From positions 1,550,001-1,614,000 of the forward strand of contig CAKKNE010000001.1 of assembly GCA_918797485.1 (NCBI GenBank): a stretch of 64,000 bases of DNA, given 5' to 3'. Shown in pieces: positions 54,976-64,000 of this stretch (the first letter of the stretch is position 1; the number at the start of each line of letters is the position of its first letter). The DNA comes from Pelagomonas calceolata (taxonomy: Eukaryota). The position numbers and the translations under genes were made by a program. The notes below the pieces were generated by a model that was given only the letters and a program-made list of their open reading frames with translations, was not told the DNA's origin and made no database searches.

Positions 54976-56143
54976 ATGGGCGGCGCCCGCAAGCGCAAAG
55001 CCCCCTTGATCGAGGACTGCGCCGTCGTCCCGCTGCCCCAGGACGGCGACTGCTTCTACAAGTGCATCGCGCGCGCGTACGCGTCCGCGGGCCTGAGCGC
55101 ATCAGATGAAGCCAACGAAATCATGTTAAATGACAAGGAGAACGAGGTCAAGCGACTCAGAAGGTGCGTCAGTCGGAGGGTCGACGACGGCGTGTTTGCG
55201 CAGTTCGCGGTCGCCCATCAAGCGGGCCTTGACGACTACGCCTTCATGCGCCGCTTACCAGATGCTGCTGCGTTACGAGCCAAACTGTGTGTCAGTGGTG
55301 CGGAGTCCGGCGCGACGCGGTGCGTCTGGGCGAACGAGTTCGAGATTTCGACGCTCTGCGACGTCCTCGAGCTCACGGCGCTGATTGTCGACGAATCGGC
55401 GGCGGAGAACTCGCGGTTCTTGGTCGTGCCGGGCCGCGAGGACAAGCGGAGGTTGCAGCGGCGGTGCTTTGTGGTCTTGCTGAGGACGGCGCGGTCGCAT
55501 TATAATCTCGGGGCTTTTGACGATCGGAGCTTATTTGAGGGGCTGCACCAGGTCCGGAACGGTGTGGAAATCAACCAACGTCGCGTCGATGGCGTGGGGC
55601 GCCCGAAATTTGAATTCCGCACAGGTCCCGAAGCACGTGCGCGAGATGTTTGGCCTACCAAATGCTGACAGACGTGCGACGCCGCGCGCGCCTCGGAGTC
55701 GGCGGGGCCCGCCGCAGAGTCCGCGAAGCCCCGCACTCGACGCGCCGCCGCGCCAGTCGCCGCGGCGGCCCGCCAAGGAGGCGACGCCGCGAAAAAAGGC
55801 CAAGGTCGAGGCGCCGCCGCCACCGGCCGCCGCGCCGGCCAAGAAAAAACCTCCGTTCCGCGCCTTCGAGGAGCGCTGGGAGCGCCGCGCGACCCACAAA
55901 CGGTCCGCCGCGGCCGAGAAGCAGCTCCTCGCGAAGTACGGTGGCCGCGAGTTTCGTGACGATGATGGCGCATACATAATCTCCACCGAAAATCTCGAGT
56001 GGTCCGCAGAAGAAGGCGAGTGGACCGTGCTGGCCCAGAAGAAGCGGAAGAAGAAGGAGGAGTACGAGGGCTACGTCGTCAACGCGCAGCTGCGGCGCAT
56101 GATCGCCCGATCGCTGCCCGCGCGCGACGTCCAGCGGAAATAA
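54976..56143 (+). CDS. OTU-family deubiquitinase-like protein; exons 54976-55551 and 55625-56143
   Basis: PQDGDCFYKCIA, WANEFEI, SHY; splicing gives LHQ-VPKHVREMF. Confidence 0.8.
55560..55624. mobile_element. Degenerate introner; GT-AG intron 55552-55624
   Basis: TSD GTCCGGAA/GTCCCGAA (7/8); CGGTGTGGAAATCAACC...CGTCGCGTCGATGGCGTGG...TTTGAATTCCGCACAG. Confidence 0.9.
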
Positions 56144-56235
56144 GAAACACACAGTACATTAGTGCTAGACTTTCAGCGGTCGCGCGGCCCGGGTGCCCTC
56201 GAATGGGCGCGCCGACGTCGTCGCCACGCCGCCGC

Positions 56236-56892
56236 TCAGTAGTAGTCGTTCACGATACTTTCGGAGGGGAAGGCCGCGAGCGCCTCCGCCCAGACGTCGC
56301 CGGTGACCCCCTCTGGTGAGAACGCGACCGTGACGCCTAATTGGGAGATCTCGCGGCAGTTCCCGTACTCATTGTCAAAAAACATCATGTCTTCGTAGTC
56401 GCACGCGTATTTCTCCTTGAGGCGCCGGAAGTGGGAACTTTTTGATTCTTTCGTGATTTCCCTGGCGTCGAAGCACGAGCCGAGCACCATGTCGTCTACT
56501 CTAAATTTGTCGAGCAATTCGGCGGCCCACGCGGGCTCGTCCGTGCGGCTGCTGATGGCGACCTTCGTGGCGCTCCAGTCGTCCGTCGTCCGCAGCTGCC
56601 GCAGGATGTCTCTCGCCGCGCCAAGGAGCACGACACGTTCGCCGGACTGCGCGAGCATCGCGTCACCGTCCGGCGTAAACGGCGCGCCGCCGCGCCACGA
56701 CAGCATGTACATCTCGGGATCCCATAGACAGCCATCAAGATCAAACACGACCACCTTCGGCTTGGCGCGCAGCGCGACGGCGCCGCGCGTTGTCCGGGGC
56801 TGCTGGAAGGCGCCGCAGGCGTGCAGCGCCATCGCTGCGACGGCGTAACGCATGCCTTTCATGCTTTGTGTGGTTTTCATTGCTGCAGCCAT
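56236..56892 (-). CDS. Magnesium-dependent phosphatase 1 (MDP-1, HAD), probably plastid-targeted
   Basis: VVFDLDGCLW, SSRT, MMFFDNE; signal peptide ending CGA-FQQP. Confidence 0.88.
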   Translation of the reverse strand: MAAAMKTTQSMKGMRYAVAAMALHACGAFQQPRTTRGAVALRAKPKVVVFDLDGCLWDPEMYMLSWRGGAPFTPDGDAMLAQSGERVVLLGAARDILRQLRTTDDWSATKVAISSRTDEPAWAAELLDKFRVDDMVLGSCFDAREITKESKSSHFRRLKEKYACDYEDMMFFDNEYGNCREISQLGVTVAFSPEGVTGDVWAEALAAFPSESIVNDYY

Positions 56893-57011
56893 GCCTTATC
56901 CGTCGTTCTTCTGCAGCGAATGCTGGCGCGGTTGTCGCCAGCTGGTAGTACAATTCTCCTGAGCAGCTCTACGGCGATTTTGGCCGAGTATGAGCCGCTC
57001 AACGGGTTGAC

Positions 57012-57032
57012 CTAGCGTACTGACATACTAGC
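57012..57032 (+). promoter_or_regulatory. Variant of CTAG-bounded motif
   Basis: CTAGCGTACTGACATACTAGC between divergent starts at 56892 and 57126. Confidence 0.4.
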
Positions 57033-57125
57033 AATCACCGGGACCGACGCGGCGACCGACGCAGCGCTTATTTGGGGCGTACGACGCCGCCAGGTAACGG
57101 CATTCATCGCCCAGTGCTGCGAACG

Positions 57126-57854
57126 ATGGCCGATTGCATCGATCTCACCGTAGATAGCGACGATGAGGCGCGGAGGAAGCGGGTGGCTCCAGCGCCAGCT
57201 CCAGCGCCGCGCGCGCCAGCGCCAGCGCCCAAGCGGCGCAAGAAGGACATCCTCGACACATCCTCCGACGAGGAAGAGGAAGAGGCAGCCGCGCCAGTCG
57301 CCGCACCCGCGCCGGCCGCGCCGGCGCCGGCGCCGGCGCCCGCCGCCGCGCCCGAGGCAGACCCGACGCCCCCAAAGTGCAAGACCTGCGGCGCGCCGTG
57401 CGAGCTCCGGACGGCCCGGTCCGCGAAAAACGACGGGCGCCGCTACTGGAAGTGCCCCCAACACGAGGACGCCTGGGTCGGCTGGGCCGACGCCAAAGGC
57501 GTCAAGGGCGGCGGCAAGATCTCGAAGGGCGGCCAGAGCTTCGCGGACATCCGCAAACAGGAAAAGCGCGAAGCGGCGGGCACCGAGACGCGCGCGAAGC
57601 AACGCAACGAGACTGGGGGTAGAGGCAACGTCTTCGGCTTTGATAACAGAAGAGGCATCAAGGGCGTCGTGTCCAAGGAAACGGAAAGGAAAGATCCGAA
57701 CGCGTTCAAGGGCGTCGACGCGTCCGCCGTGCGGCGGGCGGCGCAGGGGCCCGCGGGACCGGTCCGCGGCTCGCAGCGCGGTGACGCGGACGAGCTGCGG
57801 CGCAAGCGCATGGCGCGCTTCGGAGGGGGCGCGGCGACGGCGACGCGGCCCTAA
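57126..57854 (+). CDS. GRF-type zinc-finger protein
   Basis: PKCKTCGAPCELRTARSAKNDGRRYWKCP...WVGWAD. Confidence 0.75.
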   Translation: MADCIDLTVDSDDEARRKRVAPAPAPAPRAPAPAPKRRKKDILDTSSDEEEEEAAAPVAAPAPAAPAPAPAPAAAPEADPTPPKCKTCGAPCELRTARSAKNDGRRYWKCPQHEDAWVGWADAKGVKGGGKISKGGQSFADIRKQEKREAAGTETRAKQRNETGGRGNVFGFDNRRGIKGVVSKETERKDPNAFKGVDASAVRRAAQGPAGPVRGSQRGDADELRRKRMARFGGGAATATRP

Positions 57855-57971
57855 CCACTATGTGTTTGTTACTCACATTGCTTTGCTTAGAGCTATGCCG
57901 CCTAGCCACCAAGCCGCCGTGGGGCCTGCTTGACCGCACACCCGTCCCACATTCTTAGATAGATCACATTC

Positions 57972-58895
57972 TCACATTCGCTTCGCCTTCCGCGAGAGGA
58001 GCGGTAGCGGCACAAGTATTGCGGACGGCGACACGGCGTCGTAGTCCTTTCGCCGGGCACGGGATCGCTCCTCCATCAACGGCGCCGAGGCGAACCGAAA
58101 AAACAGCCAGAGCGTGATCGGCCCGACGGCGTACGAGAGGTCGCCAATTCCGGCGGCCCGCGCGAACAGATAGATGCCCGTCCAGAAGCCGCACTCGCCG
58201 AGGTAGTTCGGGTGGCGCGACCAGGCCCACGGGCCCCGGACACATGTGGTCTTCGCACCCGAGGCGCGGTGCCGCCGCAGCGTCGCGTCAGATACAGCTT
58301 CTAGGACGAGGAACGCCAGCGTCACGACGCATGCGACGAGGTCTCCGACGTTCAGCGGCGGCGCCTCGCCCTGCAGAATGATTGCACCAGCCGGCGCCAG
58401 CGCGCCAAAAACCAGCAGAGTCGGCGTCAAATGGAGGCTCGATAGAGAGAACGGCCAGTAGCCCTTGCCGAGCTTTTTTCTCAGATCGATATAACGCCAA
58501 TCTTCGTGCGATAGCCCCGTCGTCCATCCCTCCCACGGGTATCCAATGAAGAAACGGATCGCCCATGCCCACACCAGGTTCATGACTATCAGGGCGCGCG
58601 CAGAGTCGCTCGACGCCTCGTGCCGCCAATAAGCCAGCAGCCACAACGGTAGCACGCACCAGTACGGGTCGTAGACGCTGCTGTTGTCCGCGAAGAGCGA
58701 GAACGCGTAGACGACAAGCGTCGCGGCGACGTCGTAAACGAGGCCTAACAGTAGCGGTCGTCCTTGCAGCGATGGCGGCGGCTCGAGCACCAATGCGACA
58801 ACTGTGATCGCTGCGAGTGCTGTGATGTAGGCGCACCAGCAGTAGGCTGCCGAAACGCGCTTTGCCGCGGCTCTCTTCGACCGCGTTTGCACCAT
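57972..58895 (-). CDS. DUF1295 / steroid 5-alpha-reductase-like membrane protein
   Basis: NSSVYDPYW, EDWRY, WAWSRHPNYLGE. Confidence 0.88.
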   Translation of the reverse strand: MVQTRSKRAAAKRVSAAYCWCAYITALAAITVVALVLEPPPSLQGRPLLLGLVYDVAATLVVYAFSLFADNSSVYDPYWCVLPLWLLAYWRHEASSDSARALIVMNLVWAWAIRFFIGYPWEGWTTGLSHEDWRYIDLRKKLGKGYWPFSLSSLHLTPTLLVFGALAPAGAIILQGEAPPLNVGDLVACVVTLAFLVLEAVSDATLRRHRASGAKTTCVRGPWAWSRHPNYLGECGFWTGIYLFARAAGIGDLSYAVGPITLWLFFRFASAPLMEERSRARRKDYDAVSPSAILVPLPLLSRKAKRM

Positions 58896-59336
58896 TGCTG
58901 GCACCGATGCGCTGCTGCGCTGGATGCTGCTAGTACAGCTCGAGCCGAGGGTGAGTGTTTCTGCGGGTTTGTGAGCAACGGCGCACGTCGCTGCGGTTAG
59001 AGGGGTATCAGGGCTGTACCAAACCGGCTTCACGTCGCCCAGCGAGAGCTATGCGGCCGATACAGCGCGCTGGCAAAGAAATTCTAGTGTCCATTACGCT
59101 GGAGGGTACGTGGATTATTTTTTACTTTTTTTGGGGGGATACTGTGCTATTGCTGCGGTGCTAAGCAACGTCAGTACGCAAGACTGGTCTGTACTTGCAG
59201 CAGGATTGTACCTACACGCGCACGGCAAGCAGCGCTGCGCAAAAAGCCAACGCCGCAGCCGAAACTGCAAAAGCGCCGTGGGCACGCGAAAAAGAGCCAC
59301 GCCAACGCCGCAGCGGTACAAGGCAACGCAGCGATA

Positions 59337-59990
59337 ATGGCCGCAATCATAGAACGCGTCATGAGCTGCTTCCAGGCCAAGCCCAAGAAGTTTAGGGTCG
59401 TGTTTGTACTGGGCGGCCCGGGCAGCGGCAAAGGGACCCTGTGCAGCAAAATTGTGGAGACTTATGGCTGGGTCCACTTGTCCGCGGGCGATCTATTGCG
59501 GGCGGAACGGAAGGACCCTAGCTCCAAGCATGGTGAATTGATCAACGAATACATCAGGGAAGGGAAAATTGTTCCGGTGGAGATTACATTAGCTTTGATC
59601 AGGAAGGCCATGGAGGCCTCTGCAACGACGGACTTCCTCGTCGACGGCTTCCCGCGGTCGGCGGACAACCTGAAGGGCTGGGAGGACAACATGACGACGT
59701 GCACCGACGTCGTGTCATTATTATATCTAGAAACGAGCGAGGAGGTCATGGCGCAACGGATCATGCAGCGGTCGCGGGAGACCGTCGCGGCGGGCGGGAC
59801 GGCGCGCGCCGACGACAACGAGGAGGCCATCAAGAAGCGGCTGAAGACGTACCACGAGACGACGATGCCCATCATCGAGATCTTTAAGAGGCGGGGCAAG
59901 GTCACGGCGATCGACTCGACGCCCGCGCCGGCCGTGGTGTTCGCCGCGGCGCAGACGAGCCTGTTCGACGGGCTCGCGGCGCAGAGCTAG
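59337..59990 (+). CDS. UMP-CMP kinase (adenylate kinase family)
   Basis: FVLGGPGSGKGT, HLSAGDLLRAER, LVDGFPR, RADDN. Confidence 0.93.
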   Translation: MAAIIERVMSCFQAKPKKFRVVFVLGGPGSGKGTLCSKIVETYGWVHLSAGDLLRAERKDPSSKHGELINEYIREGKIVPVEITLALIRKAMEASATTDFLVDGFPRSADNLKGWEDNMTTCTDVVSLLYLETSEEVMAQRIMQRSRETVAAGGTARADDNEEAIKKRLKTYHETTMPIIEIFKRRGKVTAIDSTPAPAVVFAAAQTSLFDGLAAQS

Positions 59991-60199
59991 CCTAGTAGGG
60001 GTTCTAAGACTAAGTTCACGGAAGATTTCACGGATCTATTATCTGCGCATCTCTACTACGCATCGACAGCGTGGGGGGTTCCGAAAATTCACTGCTAGTT
60101 ACGAGCTCCGCCGGCGTCCACGCGGCGCGGGAAAACACGCCGCCATGCCGCGCCTCCGCGAAGAGGCGCTGTGCCGTCGAGACGCCGCCATCACACAAC

Positions 60200-60469
60200 C
60201 TAGTCCGTGCAGAAGAGGCAGACGCCCTGCTGCCCGATGTAGAAATACGCAAAACTCTTCGATTCGTAGGTCACATAACACGCGAAGTTCCGCCCCACCA
60301 GGCAGTGCCACGTCCGATTCGTGCGTTGTTCGAACGTCTGCTTGATCTGCGCCGCGGCCTCCTGCTCGGAGTTCGTGCTGTGGAGCGCCATGGTTGACAC
60401 CTTAATGGCCTCCTCGAGCTCGTCCTGCACCATCGTGCTCGACTTGATGACGGCGCGCGCGCCCGACAT
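60200..60469 (-). CDS. Dynein light chain LC8-type
   Basis: 89 aa; TWHCLVGRNFACYVTYE...YFYIG. Confidence 0.9.
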   Translation of the reverse strand: MSGARAVIKSSTMVQDELEEAIKVSTMALHSTNSEQEAAAQIKQTFEQRTNRTWHCLVGRNFACYVTYESKSFAYFYIGQQGVCLFCTD

Positions 60470-60914
60470 GGCGGCTTGCGTCTATATCGTCTATGGAAGA
60501 GTAGCGGGGCAGCGCTGCGGCGGCGTCGCTATGGGCAACAGGTGGATAGCGTGCTATCCGTAACGGCGGCGCTGCGGAAGCGACGGCGGCGAGGCAGCCC
60601 CAGGCGAAAAGCTGGGCGCTGGGCCCGGCGGCGGTTTCAGGCGCGCCTCGAAGGCAGGCGTCGCGCGAGGCATCCTTCTTCGCAGTCTCAGAGAGGCTAC
60701 TCCGACGCATACGTTGAGATTACCTGGACGCGTGCTTTTCGTGCGGGGCTGGACCGGGTCGCGCTACCGCGCGCCTGTTCACGGGCCATACGAGCTTGTA
60801 TGGAACAACCGCCAAACGCGTGTTGTAGCATCCGACACGAAATCTCTTAAGCAGCTGCGCTCACGGTAGAACTGGCCGCATTGGTGATATTGACCACAGG
60901 GGCAGCCCCAAGGG

Positions 60915-62498
60915 ATGGCGTACACAACGAGCAGCAGTAGCGACAGCGACGACAGCGACGACGACATGGCTCTCATAGCGGCGGAGCGCTGGGCCGCGAA
61001 GCGCCTCGTCGCGCCCGGGGCGCGCGCGCGCGTCGCCGACGCCATCGCCGACGGCCACGGCGTCGCCATGCTCATCCACGCGGCGCGGCCGGACCTACTA
61101 AGAGACGCGCACGCTTTTGAATCAGGCCGCGCCGAAGCGGAGAGGAACTGGTCGCTGCTCGAGGCGCGCGCACTCAAGCGGTTGGGGGTAAGGCCGCCGC
61201 CGCTCGACGAGTTGTTGCGGGGCCGCGACGCCGCGCGGCGCAGAGATAATGCCGCGCGGTTCTTACTTGAGTTGAGACGGGCGCTCAAGCGCGCGCCGAT
61301 GGTGTCGCCGCGTGTTACGCCCCGGAAACGAGGAGCCGCGCGCTCGCCGCCGCCGCCACAATTCGAGGAGGGCGCCTTCGAGGCGCTCGTGGCGCGGCTG
61401 CGCCGGGCCGCGGCCGGGTACACGCGGGCTGCCAACGTGAGCGCCGCGAAAAGCAATGCGTTCGACGAGCGCATGGACCTCCTGCGCACGAAGAATAGGA
61501 GCGACTTGGAGGCGACGAAGGGCCGCATCGACGCGCTGAAGGAGGAGGTCGCAAAAGCGGACGTCGCGGCGGCGCGGTGCGCGCGCGAGGCGCGGTCGGC
61601 GCTCGTGCTTGGCCGGAGGCCGGCCCCGCGGACGCCGGCGTCGTCCGTCGACCTGTCGGCGGCGACGCCGGGGCTCGACGACGACCTGTCCCAGGCCTCG
61701 GCGCCGTCGCCGCTCGCCGAGGCCGCGCTCGCGCCGCCGGCGCCCCGGGCCTCGCTCGACGACGCGCCGCCGGCGCGGCGCGCGTCGCGGCCGGCCATCG
61801 ACATGGCCGCGCGCCGCAACTTGCTCGGCGCCGCGTTCCCGGCGGCGCCCCGGGCGCCGCCGACGATCGTCCGCGCCGCGGCGCCGCCGCCGACGCCGTC
61901 GGTGCCGGCGCCGCCGCCGCCGGGCGTGCTAGGGGTTGCGCAGGCGGCCGCGGCGGCCGCACAACAGCGGGCGATGCCTCCCCCGCCGCGCCCACCGCCG
62001 ATGCCCACCGCCGTGCCAATGCCCGCGACGGTACCGCCGCCGCGGCCGATACCGCCGCCGCCGCCGGGCCGGCCGCCGGCCGGAGCACTCCCGCCGCCGC
62101 CGCCGCGGCCGCCGACGGGACTGCCTCCTCCGCCGCCGCGGCCGCCGTCGGCGCCGTTGCCGCCTCCTCGGGCGCCGCCGACGATCGTCCGCGCGGCGGG
62201 GCCACCGCCGGGCCCGCCACCGGGGCCTCCGCCGCGAGGACCGCCACCGGGACCGCCGCCGCGCCGCCCGAGCGCGCATCTCGCGCCGCCGTCGACGCCG
62301 GCGCCCGTGCCCCCGCCGCCCGTCGCGCCGCCGCCACGGCCACCTCCGCCGCGGCCTCCTTTGCTACCTGCCCCGGCAGTCGTGGTCGCACCTGCGCGGA
62401 AATTGGCTCCGCCGCCGCCGCCGCTCCTTTCGCCGTGCGCGCGGCCCGCGGTGAAGGTCGTGCTCCCTACGCGCGCGCCGCTGGGGAGTAGGAATTGA
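60915..62498 (+). CDS. Proline-rich coiled-coil hypothetical protein
   Basis: ATG 60915; helical/coiled-coil middle, long poly-Pro C-terminus. Confidence 0.65.
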   Translation: MAYTTSSSSDSDDSDDDMALIAAERWAAKRLVAPGARARVADAIADGHGVAMLIHAARPDLLRDAHAFESGRAEAERNWSLLEARALKRLGVRPPPLDELLRGRDAARRRDNAARFLLELRRALKRAPMVSPRVTPRKRGAARSPPPPQFEEGAFEALVARLRRAAAGYTRAANVSAAKSNAFDERMDLLRTKNRSDLEATKGRIDALKEEVAKADVAAARCAREARSALVLGRRPAPRTPASSVDLSAATPGLDDDLSQASAPSPLAEAALAPPAPRASLDDAPPARRASRPAIDMAARRNLLGAAFPAAPRAPPTIVRAAAPPPTPSVPAPPPPGVLGVAQAAAAAAQQRAMPPPPRPPPMPTAVPMPATVPPPRPIPPPPPGRPPAGALPPPPPRPPTGLPPPPPRPPSAPLPPPRAPPTIVRAAGPPPGPPPGPPPRGPPPGPPPRRPSAHLAPPSTPAPVPPPPVAPPPRPPPPRPPLLPAPAVVVAPARKLAPPPPPLLSPCARPAVKVVLPTRAPLGSRN

Positions 62499-62703
62499 GT
62501 CTATTCCTTCCACCCGTGGTTCGTCGTTGCTGTACTACTGAAGCCGGCACTCCTGTTCCGTTACCGTACGTCGGCACGAGATAGTCTCCTTTTCCATTAC
62601 CGTGCTAAGACTAGCGTGCGGAGCCCCAGGGGAAGACGCGCGTCGCCGAATCACCGGCCTCGGGCGCCGGCCGCGTCCAGGAACCTAGAGCTATCCATTA
62701 TTC

Positions 62704-62726
62704 CTAGTGTCTTACATGCCGCTAAC
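62704..62726 (-). promoter_or_regulatory. CTAG-bounded intergenic motif
   Basis: CTAGTGTCTTACATGCCGCTAAC, 21/23 identical to 30137-30159; about 210 bp upstream of ATG 62936. Confidence 0.55.
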
Positions 62727-62935
62727 AAAAAAAGTTAGTCTTGCCCGGATTTTGCCTCGAGCAGCAGTTTCGCGGCGACTACGCCCTCGGACGTAGGTCC
62801 AGGGCTGCGGGAATCGTGGTGAAGACCGCAAGGTCTTCGACTGTACCTTGGTAGCTGCCGCTCGCGGGCTCACACTTTGGAAGCCGTGAGACCACCCAGC
62901 GCTTTCTAAGGCCGCGCGGGCGCTGAGACGTGACG

Positions 62936-64000
62936 ATGAACGCCTTCAAGCGCGCCAGCCTCAAGCTCAGCCACGCCGTCAAGCACAAGACGTTGAGTGG
63001 CGGGTCCACCGAGGAGATCGTGGACGAAGCTTTAGAGAAGCGACTGAGTGAACACAAAGCGTATGAAGAAAAAGTGAAGACGCTGCAAGCCTTGACGTTG
63101 GATGCGCGCGCGCAATTAGGAGAAGTTTTTCTCCAAATCGGCAACGCGGCGCAATGCGTCGAACAATTGTCAGATCATCAGCTCGACCCGGCCTCGGCAC
63201 GCGCGACGCTAGGCCTGCCGCCGGAGCCCGGCGACGACCCGAAGGCCGACGAGCAGACGTTCTTGATGCTCCTAGAAATAGCAGACAAGGCGAAAGTCGT
63301 GGGAGGTGCGATGCAGGAGGCCTTTCATGGTGCCTTCGGCGAGGGTCTCCAGAACGCCCTCCTCGCACCGTTGGAGCAGGAGACGCAAGCCTTCAAGGAC
63401 ACGGCGAAGAAATTGGAAGATCAGCATCGCACGGCCATGGAGGCGAGGCACTACCGCGAGAAGATCGTGAGTATGAATGCTGGGAAAACGAAAAACGACC
63501 CCGAGAAACTCGCGCGGAATGCTGGTAAGTCTGCGGAGGCCGAACGAGCGGCAGCAGACGCCAAGAAGGCTTTGGAAGATGCCTTTGCCGCGCACGATGC
63601 GGCTCGCTTGGACATCTGCTGCAAAAGGGTGGGTCATCTCAAAGGCATGCTGCATCGCTTCTGCGAGCTCGTACTGACGGCGTTGTCCATGGATGCGTCC
63701 ATGGTCAAGCTCACGAAAGGTAAAACCGAATTAGATGCGTCCAACGTCTACGGGGACGTGAATGTGATGTCGATAGCCGATCGCCTGAAGAAGGGCATGG
63801 GGTTGACCGAGCGGACGACGCCGCCGAAGCGGCACTTGAAATTGGCTCACTACAAGGCCCACGCGCGCACCGCGTTCACGACCGGTAAACAGAGTGGGGA
63901 AGACAAGCCGGTCGACGCGGAAGAGCGCGAGGTCGACGAGATGACGCTACGGTTCAACCAGTCCACGGAACAGCTCCAAAACCTCCTGAAGACGACGGAG
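62936..64000 (+). CDS. BAR-domain-like helical protein (3' partial; missing from the ORF track)
   Basis: Open from ATG 62936 to the window end: MNAFKRASLKLSHAVK...EARHYREKIVSM...DPEKLARNAGK; all-helical pattern. Confidence 0.7.
   Translation, partial: MNAFKRASLKLSHAVKHKTLSGGSTEEIVDEALEKRLSEHKAYEEKVKTLQALTLDARAQLGEVFLQIGNAAQCVEQLSDHQLDPASARATLGLPPEPGDDPKADEQTFLMLLEIADKAKVVGGAMQEAFHGAFGEGLQNALLAPLEQETQAFKDTAKKLEDQHRTAMEARHYREKIVSMNAGKTKNDPEKLARNAGKSAEAERAAADAKKALEDAFAAHDAARLDICCKRVGHLKGMLHRFCELVLTALSMDASMVKLTKGKTELDASNVYGDVNVMSIADRLKKGMGLTERTTPPKRHLKLAHYKAHARTAFTTGKQSGEDKPVDAEEREVDEMTLRFNQSTEQLQNLLKTTE

Noticed and set aside
17060..55624. Dispersed palindromic repeats read as CRISPR, REP or attC sites
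   Set aside because: Not arrayed with spacers, no cas or integrase genes; they have TIRs and TSDs and sit in eukaryotic introns.
46279..56143. Ubiquitin-system gene cluster (RING, DUSP-like, OTU, plus UBR4)
   Set aside because: These families are abundant in eukaryotes and are interspersed with unrelated genes.
61850..62430. CCG-rich repeat tract
   Set aside because: Explained by poly-proline coding.

Overview
Compact, GC-rich eukaryotic DNA, not prokaryotic. Gene content, GC-AG introns and introner-type elements suggest a pelagophyte alga (Pelagomonas/Aureococcus-like); this assignment is inference. The window holds about 36 protein-coding genes. It opens with a >16.4 kb intronless UBR4/BIG-like E3 ligase exon. 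Other genes: two sulfotransferase-like genes, an ammonium transporter, a BspA/DUF285 surface protein, an MFS transporter, DUS, CysRS, a TauD-type dioxygenase, TrmH, a PsbP-like protein, a stand-alone GOGAT small subunit, an SDR, RING, Pop5/Rpp14, OTU, MDP-1, UMP-CMP kinase, LC8 and a BAR-like gene running off the end. Two non-coding signals stand out. (1) Ten copies of one TIR element family (CTGTGTGGAAATCAA...TTGATTTCCACACAG, 8-bp TSD) each form a spliceosomal intron, with the GT/GC donor taken from the TSD position and the AG from the TIR; they form a decay series from about 200 bp to about 50 bp and occur in both orientations. (2) An approximately 22-bp CTAG-bounded motif (GCTAGC-n-TGTAAGACACTAGC) recurs in about ten gene-upstream intergenic regions. 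Also noted: a lower-GC island with a duplicated small peptide unit, and an NSF N-domain fused to membrane helices without AAA domains. Gene models and family calls come from reading motifs by eye; no database searches were run.
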